A stretch of DNA of 64,000 nt from Sphyrna mokarran (taxonomy: Eukaryota). A program made the translations under genes and the position numbers. Location: assembly GCA_024679065.1 (NCBI GenBank), contig JAGIQG010000003.1:15314001-15378000 (forward strand), given 5' to 3'. A model generated the notes under the pieces. That model was not told the DNA's origin. It saw nothing but the letters and a program-made list of their open reading frames with translations, and did not search any database. Numbering within the stretch: the first letter of the stretch is position 1; each line of letters opens with the position of its first letter. Below are positions 1 through 12,322 of the stretch, one piece after another.

Positions 1-169
1 ATACAAAACATGAAAAGAATGGAGGAGTGACATTTCAGGACTGAAGATAAGTGATCGTAGCAGTGGGTTCCCTTGAGAAATTTAATTTGCAGTCTAATAA
101 AAATGGCATGGCAGGACATCTCCACCCGACATCTGAACGCCAAGGTGCTTCTGATACACTGGAAAATCA

Positions 170-285
170 CTTGGTGTACGGGAAAAAGGCAGGGGAATGG
201 CAAGAAGTCATGATATTCATTTGAAAAGCTGGTGCAAATGGGACAACTGACTTCCTTTTGCACTGTAATAATTTTGTGAGTCAAG
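170..285 (+). mobile_element. Degraded CR1-like LINE 3' end fragment
   Basis: ggaaaaaggcaggggaatggca...cttccttttgcactgtaataattttgtga resembles the CR1 3' UTR/tail seen in better preserved copies at 4905-5250 and 12323-13240. Confidence 0.45.
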
Positions 286-827
286 TCCAAGCCGCCACTC
301 TTGGGCTACTGAATTCATCTACAAACTCAAGCCACACTTTCTCAGAAATGCTTGTTGTTGCTTCCTCCTATCAAAGGAAAAAATATTTACATTTTCATTA
401 TCAAAGGAAGAAGCACCATATCCTTGCTACTAGGAGGAGTACACTGCCTCTAATTGCAACCATTCTTTGCATTCAATCCATTTCAGGCAACTCTTTTTGC
501 AATGCTTGAAAAATCAAGTGTTGCCAATTGTTTAAATATGGATTTACTTCAGCCCACAACTCTGCTCCCTCCCATTGTCCTCATCATTGGCATCTATGCC
601 TCAAGCTGTTAATTCGACACAAAAGACAAAATCTGCTTCCCTTTCCTGCCAAGTGATCACATGGTCAAATTTGGGTCCACACAAGGCAATAACTTCCTAT
701 CTGGTAAAATTCAGCTTTTTGCATTCTCATCACAACTTACATTCACATCCAGCTTTGTATCGTCAGGATACACACTTAAATTACTCCCAGCCTATTCATC
801 TCAGTTATTAGCATTCATTGGCACAAA

Positions 828-1146
828 TCATCATAGAATCACTACAGTGCTGAAGGAGGCCATTTGGCCCATTGACTTTGCACTGACCACAAGCCCAACC
901 AGACCCTATCCCCATAACCCAGATGCATTGACACTAACTTGTCCACCTGACACTAAGGAGCAATTTAGCATGGCCAATGCACCTAACCAGCACAATTTTG
1001 GACTGTGGGAAGAAACCAGAGGAAACCCATGCAGACATGGGAGTATGTGCAAACTCCACACAGACAGTGGTCTGAAGCCAGAATTGAACCCAGATCACTG
1101 GTGCAGTGAGACAGCAGTGCTAACCACTGTGCCACCATGCTGCCCC
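828..1146 (-). mobile_element. tRNA-derived V-SINE (HE1-like) with CR1-type 3' tail
   Basis: Minus strand reads ggggcagcatggtggcacagtggttagcactgctg (A box)...gggttcaattc (B box)...tgtgtggagtttgcacat...ggccatgctaaattg (V-domain) and ends aatgggccaaatggcctccttcagcactgtagtgattctatga. Confidence 0.8.
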
Positions 1147-1447
1147 TTCTCGGCAAAGGCAATGATGAGTGGATTGTTGCCGTGCTTGAAGATTCCCATG
1201 ATATGGTGCTGTGGTACATTTCTTCCAAAATTTTCTTATTCCTTCTGTCGAAGAGATCTGCCACACAGTGTCCCTTTGGAGGCTGTGTCAAAGCGGGGTG
1301 GAGGTGAGGAAAGGCAGGTCAAGGCATTAGCTGATACATGGTAAGTTTAAAGATCCAGTTTTCTAATCTTTCAATATTAGTGACTAGAGAAGTGAATTGG
1401 TGAGTGGATCAATGGGTGAGTGAGTGAATGGTGAGTGATGTGGATAG

Positions 1448-1745
1448 GTTGATTTGATTAGATTAGATTTATTATTGTCACATGTATCAGTATACAGTGA
1501 AAAGTATTGTTTCTTATGCACTATACAAACAAAGCATACTGTACATAGAGAAAGAAAGGAGACAGTGCAGAATGTAGTGTTACAGTCACAGCTGAGATGT
1601 GGAGAAAGATCAACGTAATATAAGGCAGTCCATTCAATAGTTAGGTGACAGCAGGAAAGAATGTATTCTTGAGTTGGTTCATATATGATCTCAGACTTTT
1701 GTATCTTGGTGAGGCAACAGGTGGATGAGGTAGGTGTATAAGGTG
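1448..1745 (-). mobile_element. Rex1/Babar-like LINE 3' end (5'-truncated)
   Basis: Reverse complement aligns by eye with 9195-9460 (aagatacaaaagtctgagatca...gttgatctttctc...ctgtaacactacattct...catgtgacaataataa plus aatc-type tail). Confidence 0.75.
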
Positions 1746-2629
1746 GTGTGCGGATACTCATGTTGAGTCAGGATAGTTGGGTGTTCTGGGTGTTTTAATG
1801 TATCTTTGAGCTTTCCTATTGTTTCATCTGTTTGAATTCTTGAATATTGTTTCAATCCTTCTTTTACAACAGTATCAAACACAAAGGGGGCGACTCTCTC
1901 AAAAATATTCTTAGAGTTGAACTTGCGCAAAAACTGGAGTAAATCTCACTGGTTTCTTCAGTCGGGTTTTCAAATTGAATCTCCCACACTTTGTGCACTG
2001 CAAAGAGCACTAGCGTACATCGGGGGCAGGGCCTTTTCCCACTGAAAAGACTGAAATCAGAGTGGGAGTGGACCACCGCGCATGTGCCAATTTCTGAGAG
2101 ATCGCTAATCAAGTCCTCCCAGCAATGTGACAGCTGGTCTCTCATTCCCCTGTGGACATTGCTGGCCTGATAGCTAGCCTCTCACCCCCTTTCTCCTTCC
2201 ACAAGAACATTGCTGTCCTCTCACTTCTCCTTTGCCCCCCAGCAAGAACATTACTGTCCGCTGCTACTCATAAAACCAATTGATAAAATTTGGATAAACA
2301 AGACAAATGACAAGACAAAATATTAATGGCAAAATTAGGTATGTCCCTGCATTTATTTTTCATGAATTTTATACTGAGCACTCATGATGAGTCAAATTGA
2401 AATGATACAAAGTTCTCTTTATGTAGAGGTTGTTAACCACTTCTGCCGGCAGACTAGCAAATCCCATAGAATAATATCCATGGTAACTCCAGATTAGCTG
2501 AACTTCTCCAAACTTGTCATATGATTGCGTATGAGCAGAGTTAGAGTACACAAGAGCAAAAAGTTATGGAAAAAGCCATCATTTAACATTGAAATCTCTT
2601 TGCACAGGCAAAGCTGTGAGTATGGTTGA

Positions 2630-3900
2630 ACCTATCAGAAAGCTAAAAGTGTTGTCAATCACAGAGAAGGTGAAGTTGATATGCAAGTGGAAAACTGTGG
2701 CATGAACTGGAAACTGGACATTGCAAAGATGTGGAAAATTCCACCATTTGATTTATCCATCATTACAAAACACAAGGCAAACATCTTGGAACAACAAGCA
2801 GGCATTCCCTCCACAAAGAAAAAGGACGAGAAAGGCTTCTTCTCCTGACATTGAAGATACTCTGAGAAGTTGTCTGAAGACAGCCTGAGCAGAGAATATT
2901 CCTATCTCAAGCGCAATCTTGTGAGAAAGGGAGTCACCTAGGCAAAGAAACTGGAGTTCACCTGGAGGTTAGCTACAGTGACAGATGGCAGAACTGATTG
3001 GTAAAAATGGTGAGGGTGGGTGGATGCGGCAGCATTGACAGACAATTGGCCCCAAAATGGTCTCATCCATGTCTTGAACGAGTGTGCACTATGAAACATT
3101 TTTACACAGATGAAAGCAGACTGTTTTATCATCTTTTGCCAAAGCGCTCTTTGATGTTTAAAGATGAAACATGTAACGATGGAAAGTGGAGCAAAGAGTG
3201 CATCACTGATATGATCTGTGCTAACATGGACAGCACTGGAAAGCTGCTGTTTCCTGTGATAAGAAAGTCAAAGTAACTTCATGAATGTCAAGACACTACC
3301 CGCACAGTATGAGGCTAACAAAAATGCCTCGATGACCTCCAAAATTTTTGATGCACAGATCAAGAAAATGGACAAAATGTATCAGTGAAAGAAAATGAAG
3401 ATTGTCATTGTTTCAAACAACTGCTTTGCACATGCTGACATTAACGGTCTCTCAATACCACAGCGAAGCTCCAAGGATCAAGGGATAATTAGGAAACTGA
3501 AACTCCATTACCCTGGCAACTGATCTCTCAAATAATCAAGCGCATCGATGAAAAGCAGACGTGCAATTTAACTTTCAAAAAGATTATGTTCATACTGAAG
3601 AAAGCATGGAAGATGGCAATGGAAGTGACATGTGCCACTGCTTCCACCGTGCTGTGCTCAAACACGTTACGATTGCTCACAACGTTGAGAACAAGGAGGA
3701 TCAGGGTGAGACATAAAACTATGAAGATGAGGCCTCTCTGGTCGCCACATGGAAATTCCAGCAGAAATAACCGTGGAAACCGATGCAGAGGTTGACGATG
3801 TCACAGAACTGACAGAAAATGCAGTGGGAGGTGTAGTCTGTCCATTAATCGAGCAGCTTGAGGAGACCAATGACCTTGAAAAGTCTAATGAATGGTACTT
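2630..3900 (+). mobile_element. Decayed pogo/Tigger (Tc1-mariner superfamily) transposase
   Basis: Broken frames give KVLSITEKVKLI (HTH-psq), FYTDESRLFYHLLPKRSLMFKDETCNDGKWSKECITDMICANMDSTGKL (DDE_1 NADETGLF...GGK.SKERIT motif), YEANKNASMTSKIF and KIVIVSNNCFAH; many stops and frameshifts. Confidence 0.8.
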
Positions 3901-4383
3901 CAGTACATTATGAAGTGACACGTGATCAGAGGTGATAAAGTTCTGAAAGCAAAAATGAACATGAACATCAATTTTAAGACTTTGTAAGTAATTGCCTGAA
4001 TAATCCTAGGTTTCTATTTATCTATGCTTTGACTGACTGACATGAGTTTATCAAGAATCAATCTCAATACAATTCCCCATGTTCAGCATTTACCTACTCT
4101 CAACAAAAATATTTCTAATTTTCTACTCGTGATAAGTTATGATCAAATGTTCTGACAGAATAGCCTCAATAACTGCATGAACTCATGAACTCATGAGAAG
4201 GGACTTTGTACTAAAAGATTTGAATGTTAACTCCAAACTCACAATCCTTTGTACAACTATTTTCTTCCTTATTAATTTTTTTGCAATACATTTATATTAA
4301 AACATGGTATGTTCTGTAATTACGTCAGACCAACAGAAAGCATAATTGGTTCTTATCTGATTGTGTCGATTTTATTTGTCTCG

Positions 4384-4493
4384 TTTCTGAAATTTTGATT
4401 TTCTCCTCATTATGCCCTCTTTGACCAAAGCATTCAAGTAACAATGCTAGGTTTTGATAGGGCATAATGAGAAGAAAATCAAAATTTCAGAAA
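4384..4493. repeat. Inverted repeat, 35-bp arms with 1 mismatch, 40-bp spacer
   Basis: 4384-4418 tttctgaaattttgattttctcctcattatgccct versus 4459-4493 agggcataatgagaagaaaatcaaaatttcagaaa. Confidence 0.9.
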
Positions 4494-4904
4494 TTCAGAA
4501 ATTTCAGAAAAGATAGATCCAAGGATAAATCAGTTATTTTTTGTGTTCACTTTTATCTTGAATCTGTAACACCTCATTCAATCTAATTTATTAACTATAA
4601 TGAACCCTCGCTGTGACCTGTGAAGAATTGTGAAGAATAAATGTTGCATTATTTAATTCCAACACAAGAGTCCAAAATAATGAAGTTCCACTCTAGTTGA
4701 TGCATCTTTCTTGATGTCTGAGTGAAACAACGATATGTTATGACTGAAAAATCTTAAACCATTTGAAGTTACTCTTCAGACCAACATGTCAAGTGACAAT
4801 TTAAAATGGTGCATATCTGATTTGCATGAGCTGCAAGCTACTGTTCTTCAAATTGGACTTTGGATGCAGCCTATGTTGGACTAGACAAAATTGGAATATT
4901 ATTT

Positions 4905-5250
4905 GTACCATAGATTGAATGAACACACATTGTCTTTTTCCCAGGAGAGAGGAATTAAAAACTAGAGGGCATAGTTTTAAAGTGTGTAGGGAAAAATTTA
5001 AAAGGGACTTGAGGGGCAACTTCTTCATGCAGAGAGAGGTGCATGTATGAAATGAGCTGCCAGAGAAAATGGTTGAGGCGGATACAGTAGCAACATTGAA
5101 AAAGCATTCGGTTGAGTAGGTGAGTGGGAAATGGTGAAAGTGATATGGGCCAAACGCAGGTAATTGGGACTAACTGGGAGGACACCATGGTCAGCTTGGA
5201 CCAGTTGGATCAAAGGGACTATTTCCATGCTGCACTGCTCTATGACACAA
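4905..5250 (+). mobile_element. CR1 LINE 3' end, degraded
   Basis: Encodes remnant KTRGHSFKV...GNFFMQR...ELPEKMVEA, matching the ORF2 C-terminus of the intact copy at 12420-13202, followed by a ctctatgac tail. Confidence 0.8.
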
Positions 5251-5492
5251 TGGGCAGGATTGCTTGAGCTGAGACCAGAAAATCCCAGCCGAGATCAACT
5301 GACCTTCCCATTGTCCTCACCTGCTCCAATTCCCATGGTTAATGGGGTGGTAGAATTCCCCTCTTTGGGGGAAATTTTTCCATTCTACCCACCATAATGA
5401 ATCATAATGAATGGAGGGCAGACCATGCAAAGATTCATTAACTCAGGCAGGATTTTACAGTTTTGGGGCCAGTGTGGGCAGAAAATCCCACC
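5251..5492. mobile_element. Two inverted copies of a ~115-125 bp MITE-like repeat
   Basis: 5251-5361 (reverse) and 5367-5492 (forward) share ggggaa(t)tt..., gggattttc and gaaaatccc.cc motifs with 11850-11965 and 12170-12282; each unit has short terminal inverted repeats. Confidence 0.55.
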
Positions 5493-6349
5493 ATATGACT
5501 ATTAATTTATGGGCCCTTCTCTCATAAAAACTGGCAAATGGGTGCATCCAAAGTGTTTTGAGCGGAGTTACATTTGTTGAGTCATTGTTTGGAGCAAGGT
5601 ACTTACTCAGGATGACATTTGCACAGGACGTTGCCATTCGGTAGGTTCAGTTGTTGCTGTATAAAGCCCAGAAGTGACTAAATTAGTTGTCTCAGCTTTC
5701 GGGCTCCTGTAAGAATCCAATAGTCACAATCAATAATGTGCAGTCTTGGTCATTTTTGGGAAAGCCAATCTTCGTTAGAATTCTGTTTTCAAAGAGTGAG
5801 AGCAAGATTCAAAACAGGCAACTGAACAGTGTGCAGCTCCAGCAGTAAAGTAAATTAGAAACTTTAGCAGTTAAGGTAGACTGGGGAACTAGGGTCTTAA
5901 AGCTGCAAAGTGATTTGAATAAAAGTTAAAATTTTGAAGGACATCACAAGTCAAGAAACCATGTTCAAGGGACTAAGATAAAGAGAAGACCAAGAATCCG
6001 TGGAAAGACAGACTGACATGTTGAATCTTTATATTGTACCATATCTCAACTAGTGGAATATAAATATTAATCTTTGCTGTTGAATAAATCCTGTTGGTGA
6101 TTGTTATTTTTGTCAATATGGTTATTCCTTGACAAGAGTTTACTTAATGTGGGGTTTACTATAGACTTCAAATCGAAAAGAGGATTACCTTTTGTTAAAG
6201 AATCAGTTATTTTAGACATTATCATAGAAACAGAATCACAATCAATTGTTTCTTCAATATTTGTCGGTTAAGCCAATATATTCCAGTCAAACAGCACTAG
6301 CTGAGCACTGTGTATGATACTGAATATTAGGGATATTTTTTGAAATGGG

Positions 6350-7570
6350 ATGTTAGAGTCATAGGATCAGCATCATCATCATCTTCAAAGTTCTCGCCAT
6401 CCTTATTAATTTCAATCCCGGTTGGATCAAAGCTTTGATGGAGATTTGGCTGTTCAAAGTGTCATCAACTGTGATATAGTTAGACTGAGGAATATCAGCA
6501 GAGATTATTCCAGCTTACTGCATCAAATACTTCTCTTCTTTACAGGCCATACCTGGATTGCAAAGCCTTTTGCAAAGTTGCACTGAGATAGAATATTCCA
6601 ATACCTAGCAGCTAACTTAAAGACATCCAGCTAATTAACTGAGAATTCCATCTTACTTTATAAGTTGTCTTCTTGTCAGAATCTTCCAATATTGACAACT
6701 GAAAAGTTGCATTCATCAGCTGATGCTTTGAATGGCATTCTTTGAAAAAATAATAAGTTCAATACTCAATTGGTTGGAAATCCCAGATTGCTCAGGATAA
6801 TTACCCATTATGATGAACATGTCTCGGAACTGATGTTTTCTGATCACAGATCACAGGCTCTCCCTATAAAGATTACTGAGGGAATCCAAGACCTTGGGAT
6901 GAAATGATAGCTGATGCTTCCAGCAAGCGCCAAACATTTTGTAAAAACGTAACTGCTCATTTTAACTCCTCAGATTTATCAATATTGTTACCTGGAAGAG
7001 TAACTCATTTCTTGATCTGCTTCCCACTGACACAATTCCTATGCAAAAGCTTCAAGACACACCTGGCAAGAAAACTCTTACTTCACAAGGTTAGCACATT
7101 TGAGTTATTGCAGGCAGAGTTGATGAAAGCCATCATTTTGTCATTTTAAAAGTCATTCATAGATTTGTCTATCAATTCCAGCATGAACTTTTTCCATCTT
7201 CTGATCCATCCTGTTAGCTTTAGAGAGATCATTATCAGGATTTTGCCTGCAGTTTTGATGGCTTTTCCCAATAAAACTGTACTGGAATCATGGGGAGATT
7301 TTTAATTCGACACTGCGTTCAACTATTCAGAAGTTCTCCTCCAGTGCCACTGTGTTAGAAGTTTCAGGTCATTTCTGAAATCTCATCTCCATTTCTGATT
7401 CATTTCAAGAGAGAATCCCATTGTTCTTTAGTATGGGCCCCATTATTTTTGAAGTCTTTGATGATGTTTGACTGAGTGACACTGCATTTCTTAGCTAATC
7501 CAGTCTGTAACTTTGACTTTTTTTTCCAGAGCAGTGGTAATTCTGTACTCATAGTTCATATTCAAACCCA
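6350..7570 (-). mobile_element. Second, more decayed pogo/Tigger transposase
   Basis: Minus-strand fragments in the expected order: TALEKKVKV, LAKKCSVTQSNI (HTH-psq), TQCRIKNLP, GWIRRWKK (CENP-B HTH), SGKQIKK*VTL..NIDKSEELK, MFIIMGNYPEQ, FQPIE, acidic tail. Confidence 0.65.
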
Positions 7571-7994
7571 AAACCATCAAGCCTGGGCACTTTAACAAAA
7601 GTGGAATATATTTTTACAAAAATATCTATTGCTATAGATGCGACAATGTTGCACTGGTCAGCATCTCTTCAATAACAACTCATATAAGAAATGCTAATTT
7701 TGTAAGAAAGTGAAGCAATTAATAAGAAGATGTCCATCTGTGGTTGCTAACGTTAAACTAGAACAAACACAGTCTATTTGTGATTCCCTAACTTCTATCA
7801 CCCATCCCAATTCCTATAATTTCACAACATCAACATAAATATCATCATATTATGTACTGTCTGAATATACTTACAAGTTTGTTTAGATTCATAAATTAGT
7901 TATGAACGTAAAGTGCAATTACCATTATGTTTCCTTCTTTCAAATGTGAGTTTTCTTTGATATATTCAAAAACCCATTTGTAATTAGTATCCAG

Positions 7995-9460
7995 ACAAGC
8001 ACTCAGGTTCTGCACAGCCCAGCTGGTGGGGATATTCATAAATCCCTTCAAACTTTGCTTACATCAATCTGAGGTCCCTACCCACTTCAGGAAGACAACC
8101 ATCATCCCTGTACCAAAGAAAAGCCAGGTAACATGCCTCAATGACTACCACCTGATGGCTCTGACATCCATCATTCTGAAGTGCTTCAAAAGTTTTTCAT
8201 AGCATGCATCAACTTCGATCTCCCAAATTGCCTGGATTCACTACAGTTTGCCTATCAATACAACAGGTCTATAGCTGATGCTATCTTCCTGGCCATGTAT
8301 TCGATACTGGAACAACTAAATAACATATGTCAGATTCCTATTTATTAACCACAGCTCAGCCTTCAACACCACTATTCCAACAAAACTCATCTCCAAACTC
8401 CGTGGCCTAGCGCTTGGCTCCTCACTCTGCAAATGGATCCTACACTTCCTAACCCACAGATCAAAGTCAGTAAGGATAGGGATAACACCCCTTCACAATC
8501 ATCCTCAACATCAATGTCCCACAAGGCTGTATCCTCAGACTCTTATTACATTCCTTATACACTTATGACTGTGTGCCAAATTCTGCTCCAACTCCATTTT
8601 CAAGTGAGCTGATGACACCGCCATAGTGGGTCGGACCTCAAACAATAAGACTGAGGATAGGAAAGAGACAGATAACCTTGTGAAATCATACATCAACAAT
8701 AATCTCTCCCTCAATGTCAGTAAAGTGAAGGAGATAGTCAGCAACTATCATGGAAGGAAGGATCATGGAGGACATGCCTCTGTCTACATCAATGGGGATG
8801 AAGTGAAATGATCAAGAGCTTCAAGCTTCTCGGTGTCCAAATCACAAACAACCTTTCCTGATCCCTTCACATGAAGTTATAGTTAAGAACACCCACAAAT
8901 GCCTCTACTTTCTCAGGAGTGTAAGGAAATTTGACATGTCTGCTATGACTTTCTCCAATTTTACAGATGCAAAATAGAAAGTATCCTTTCCAGGTGTATC
9001 ACATCTTGGTATGGCTCTTGCTTTGTCCAAGACCACAAGAAACGACAAAGGACTGCGAATGTAGACCCACCCATCACGCAGACTAGCCTCCCATCCATTA
9101 AGTCCATTTACATTTCCCATTGCCTCAAAGCAACCAACATAATTAATGATCCCACACACCCCAGACATTTTTTCCTCCACCTTCTTCCATTGGGAAAAAG
9201 ATACAAAAGTCTGAGATCAGTTGCCAACTGAATCAAGAACAGCTTCTTCCCTACTGCCATCAGATTCTTGAATGGATATACTTTATACTTAGTTGATCTT
9301 TCTCTACACCCTAGCTATAACTGTAACACTACATTCTACAGTCTCTCCTTTCCTTCTCTATGTACCTTATGAATGGTATGTTTTGTCTATGTAGTACACA
9401 AGGAATAATAATTTTCAATGTATCTTAATACATGTGACAATAATAAGTCAAATCAAATAA
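7995..9460 (+). mobile_element. Rex1/Babar-like non-LTR retrotransposon, 5'-truncated, degenerate RT
   Basis: EVPTHFRKTTIIPVPKKSQVTCLNDYHLMALTSIILKCF near 8068-8190 and FK*ADDTAIVG near 8598; 3' end catgtgacaataataagtcaaatcaaat. Confidence 0.85.
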
Positions 9461-9949
9461 TTCTGTTGCTAATTTCCGATTGTTGCAAACTTATCCATAA
9501 TTTAATACAAAAACTTCTCATCAGTAAACGTGAAACAAACAATAAGGTGGCTAAAGACACTTGTATATGCAAATTAGGTGGTGAAGAGTAAAGTAGAAGG
9601 GCAGAAGATCCACAATGGCAGTTTTACATTAAGATAGCATATTGAAAACATATACCATAAAGTATAACATAAGCTAAAGATGGGAGGAACAGAGAATTAA
9701 TTGACCACTCTCCAGAGTTTAAATGTCCAATGTCGGGAGAGCTAACAGGCAAATTAAACAAAATGTTAAGTTATATTGCCTCTAATGTTCCATACAAAAT
9801 TCATGCCACTTTAACAAGGTTGTAAAAGGCTTCTTTGGTGATGCTCCATTTGGGTACAATGTGAAGTTTTATCTCTCCAATCCCACTTCAAAAAGTGGGT
9901 GGTAGCTGTAGAGGACTCCCAGAAAGGGAAAACAAAGATAATCCAAACC

Positions 9950-10300
9950 TGGCACAATGGCACAGTGGTTAACACTGTTGCCTCATGGCACAAGGGACCT
10001 AGGTTTAATCCCAGCCTTGTGTGGAGCTTGCATATTCTCTCCATGCCTGCATAGGTTTCTTCCAGGTGATCCAGTTTCCTCCCAAAGTACAAGGATGCGC
10101 AGCTTAGATGGATTGGCCATGCTAAATTGCCTTTCAGTGTTGTAGGATGTGTAGATTAGATGGATTAGCAGGTTAAATGAATATGGTTACGGAGATAAAG
10201 CAAGGGTAAGGGTCTGGGTAAGATACTCTGTCAGAGAGTCAATGCACATTCAATGGACCGAACGGCCTTTCTCTGTCATGTAAGGATTCTATAAATCTGT
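9950..10300 (+). mobile_element. V-SINE (HE1-like) with CR1-type tail
   Basis: tggcacagtggttaacactg...tgtgtggagcttgcatattctc...gattggccatgctaaattgcc...aatggaccgaacggcc...ggattctat; same family as 828-1146. Confidence 0.8.
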
Positions 10301-10761
10301 ATAAATGCCTTGAGTTTAGATTTGTTGCAGCAGGATAAACTAATTTAAACATTTAAAATGACCACAAGTCTTGATAACATGCAAGCACATGCTTGCTTGA
10401 GTTAATGGAGTCTGGTTGAATGACTAAATTAATTTATAAAGCAGGGAATGAGCTTTGGTGTTTGGAAGTTTTATTTTTCTCAGAGTGGCAGAGGATTCTG
10501 GTGATGGTGGTAAACTCTGGTTCTTTGCAGTCTTTCATGAAAGCATTCAACAGTTTTTGGACAAAATTGCGGCAGAAGGAAGATAGGGCAAATTGCTCTG
10601 GGAATAGACTAACAGCTGGCCATGTGGAAGGAAATAAGGTTGGACTCATCAATGTAAGTCCAGCAAAACATTAGGTGAGTGTGCTTTTGTTATCCTGGTT
10701 CCTTAACTTAATCAGTCAGATTTTGCTGCCAAAATAACGGTGAGGCTAATAGCATTCTTTG

Positions 10762-11110
10762 TTTTATTTTTCTTTCATTTATTCAGTCGTGGGACATGTC
10801 TGTCGCTAGCAGCTTAGCATTTATTGCCCATTCCTATTTGCCCTTGGAGGCCAGTTGAGAGTCAACCATTTGCTGTGGCTCTGGAGTCACACGTAGGCCA
10901 CACTGGTTAAGGACAGCAGATTTCTTTCCTTAATGGGCACGAATGAACCAGATGGTTTTTTCTCACAATCGACAATGGTTTCACAGTTATTAGTATATTC
11001 ATAATTCCAGATTTTTTTGATTGAATTCAAGTTCCACCATTCAAATCCAGGTCCCCAGAACTTTCACTGAATTTCTGGAATAATAGACTGGCGATAATAT
11101 CACTGCCTGC
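10762..11110 (-). mobile_element. tRNA-headed SINE, second family
   Basis: Shares gcatttattgccc, gtcaacca..tgctgtg..tctggagtcaca, gacaatggtttcac and attccagattt with 17718-18100; A-rich tail on minus strand. Confidence 0.7.
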
Positions 11111-11604
11111 CCCTTATTGTTATTTATGCATAAACAGCAACTTTGGCAACGGCAGATGAGTTATCAAATGCTAATGTCCAAAGTTGTTGTTCAAGTTGCA
11201 TCACTCCAGCAATAGCATGGTCAAAATGGCATTTCACTGTCTGGCTCACCACTGAGTTGCATTAAACATTGTGAAATGGCTACTTTGCACAGTGGATATA
11301 ACTAGATCACCATAGTTTTGTTGCAAAAAGCATTAATACCCTTTTCTAACAATAGGCTAATATTTAATTCCTGTGAATCAATCTTTCTGGTAGTGGATAT
11401 TAATTTGCATGAATAGTCTCAATTTTTGCAATTGCAAATTTTAAATATTTCAAATGCTAAAAAATGTTTTCCTTTTCTTCTCTGTCTTTTGCTCTCTCTT
11501 TCTTTCTTCAAAGCATTTTTTCACTCTCCAGTTCGAATTCTGCATCTGATTTGACATTCAATTCAACCACTCTAATTTACAATTCCTTCTCAGTGCTACG
11601 AATG

Positions 11605-12075
11605 GACAAATAAGGAGCAAAAGTAGGCCATTCAACCCCTCAAGCTTGCTCTGCCATTTAATATAATCATGGCCAATCTGACATTAATATCAAATTACAT
11701 TCTACCTACTGATAACCTATCACCCCTCCCCACCTTGCTTACCAAAAATCTATCCACTTTTATCTTAAAAATATTCAAAGACTTTGCTTCCACAAATTTT
11801 TCAGGAGAAGAATTCTAAAGACTCACAACCCTCTCCACAAAAAGATGTCGGGGGGATTTCTCCCCCCGCCATGGGAATTGTCACAGGTGGTGGGGTTCAA
11901 CCATGCAATAGTTCATTGACCCCAGGCGGGATTCTCTGGATGACAGTAGCTGGAGAATCCTACCCGTTGTCTCATCTTCATTTTAATCAGTGACCCTGAG
12001 TTCGAGCTTCTTTCACAAGAGAAAATATCCTCTCCATGTCCATCTTGTCAAGATCCCTCAGGATCTTATGTTTCG
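11605..12075 (-). mobile_element. Old CR1 3' fragment interrupted by a MITE-like unit (11850-11965)
   Basis: ggagcaaaagtaggccattcaacccctcaagcttgctctgccatt is a CR1 tail in reverse; CR1-like sequence resumes after the insert. Confidence 0.65.
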
Positions 12076-12169
12076 GTGAAGTGTTTTGTTGTTTATTTTC
12101 TAATCCTTCAATCTGACTGCTTACAGATACATGGTTGGTAGCTGTATTCATTCAGTCCCAGATACCAAA

Positions 12170-12282
12170 GGTAAGATTTTCTGGCCGCACTCGCCTCATG
12201 GTTGCAAAATCCAGCCCAATGTCAATGGTCCTGTCCCACCCATTTCAATTCCCGCGGTGGGCATGATGGGAAAATTTCCCCC
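12170..12282 (-). mobile_element. MITE-like repeat unit
   Basis: Reverse complement ggggaaattttccc...cgggaattg...ggctggatttt...ccagaaaatcttacc resembles 5367-5492 and 11850-11965. Confidence 0.55.
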
Positions 12283-12322
12283 TAGTTTCCCTTGTTGTGC
12301 TTGTATCAACTTAAGCTTTCAG

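Noticed and set aside
661-1344. 227-aa ORF
   Set aside because: Runs antisense through a V-SINE, has no recognisable domain or splice structure; chance ORF
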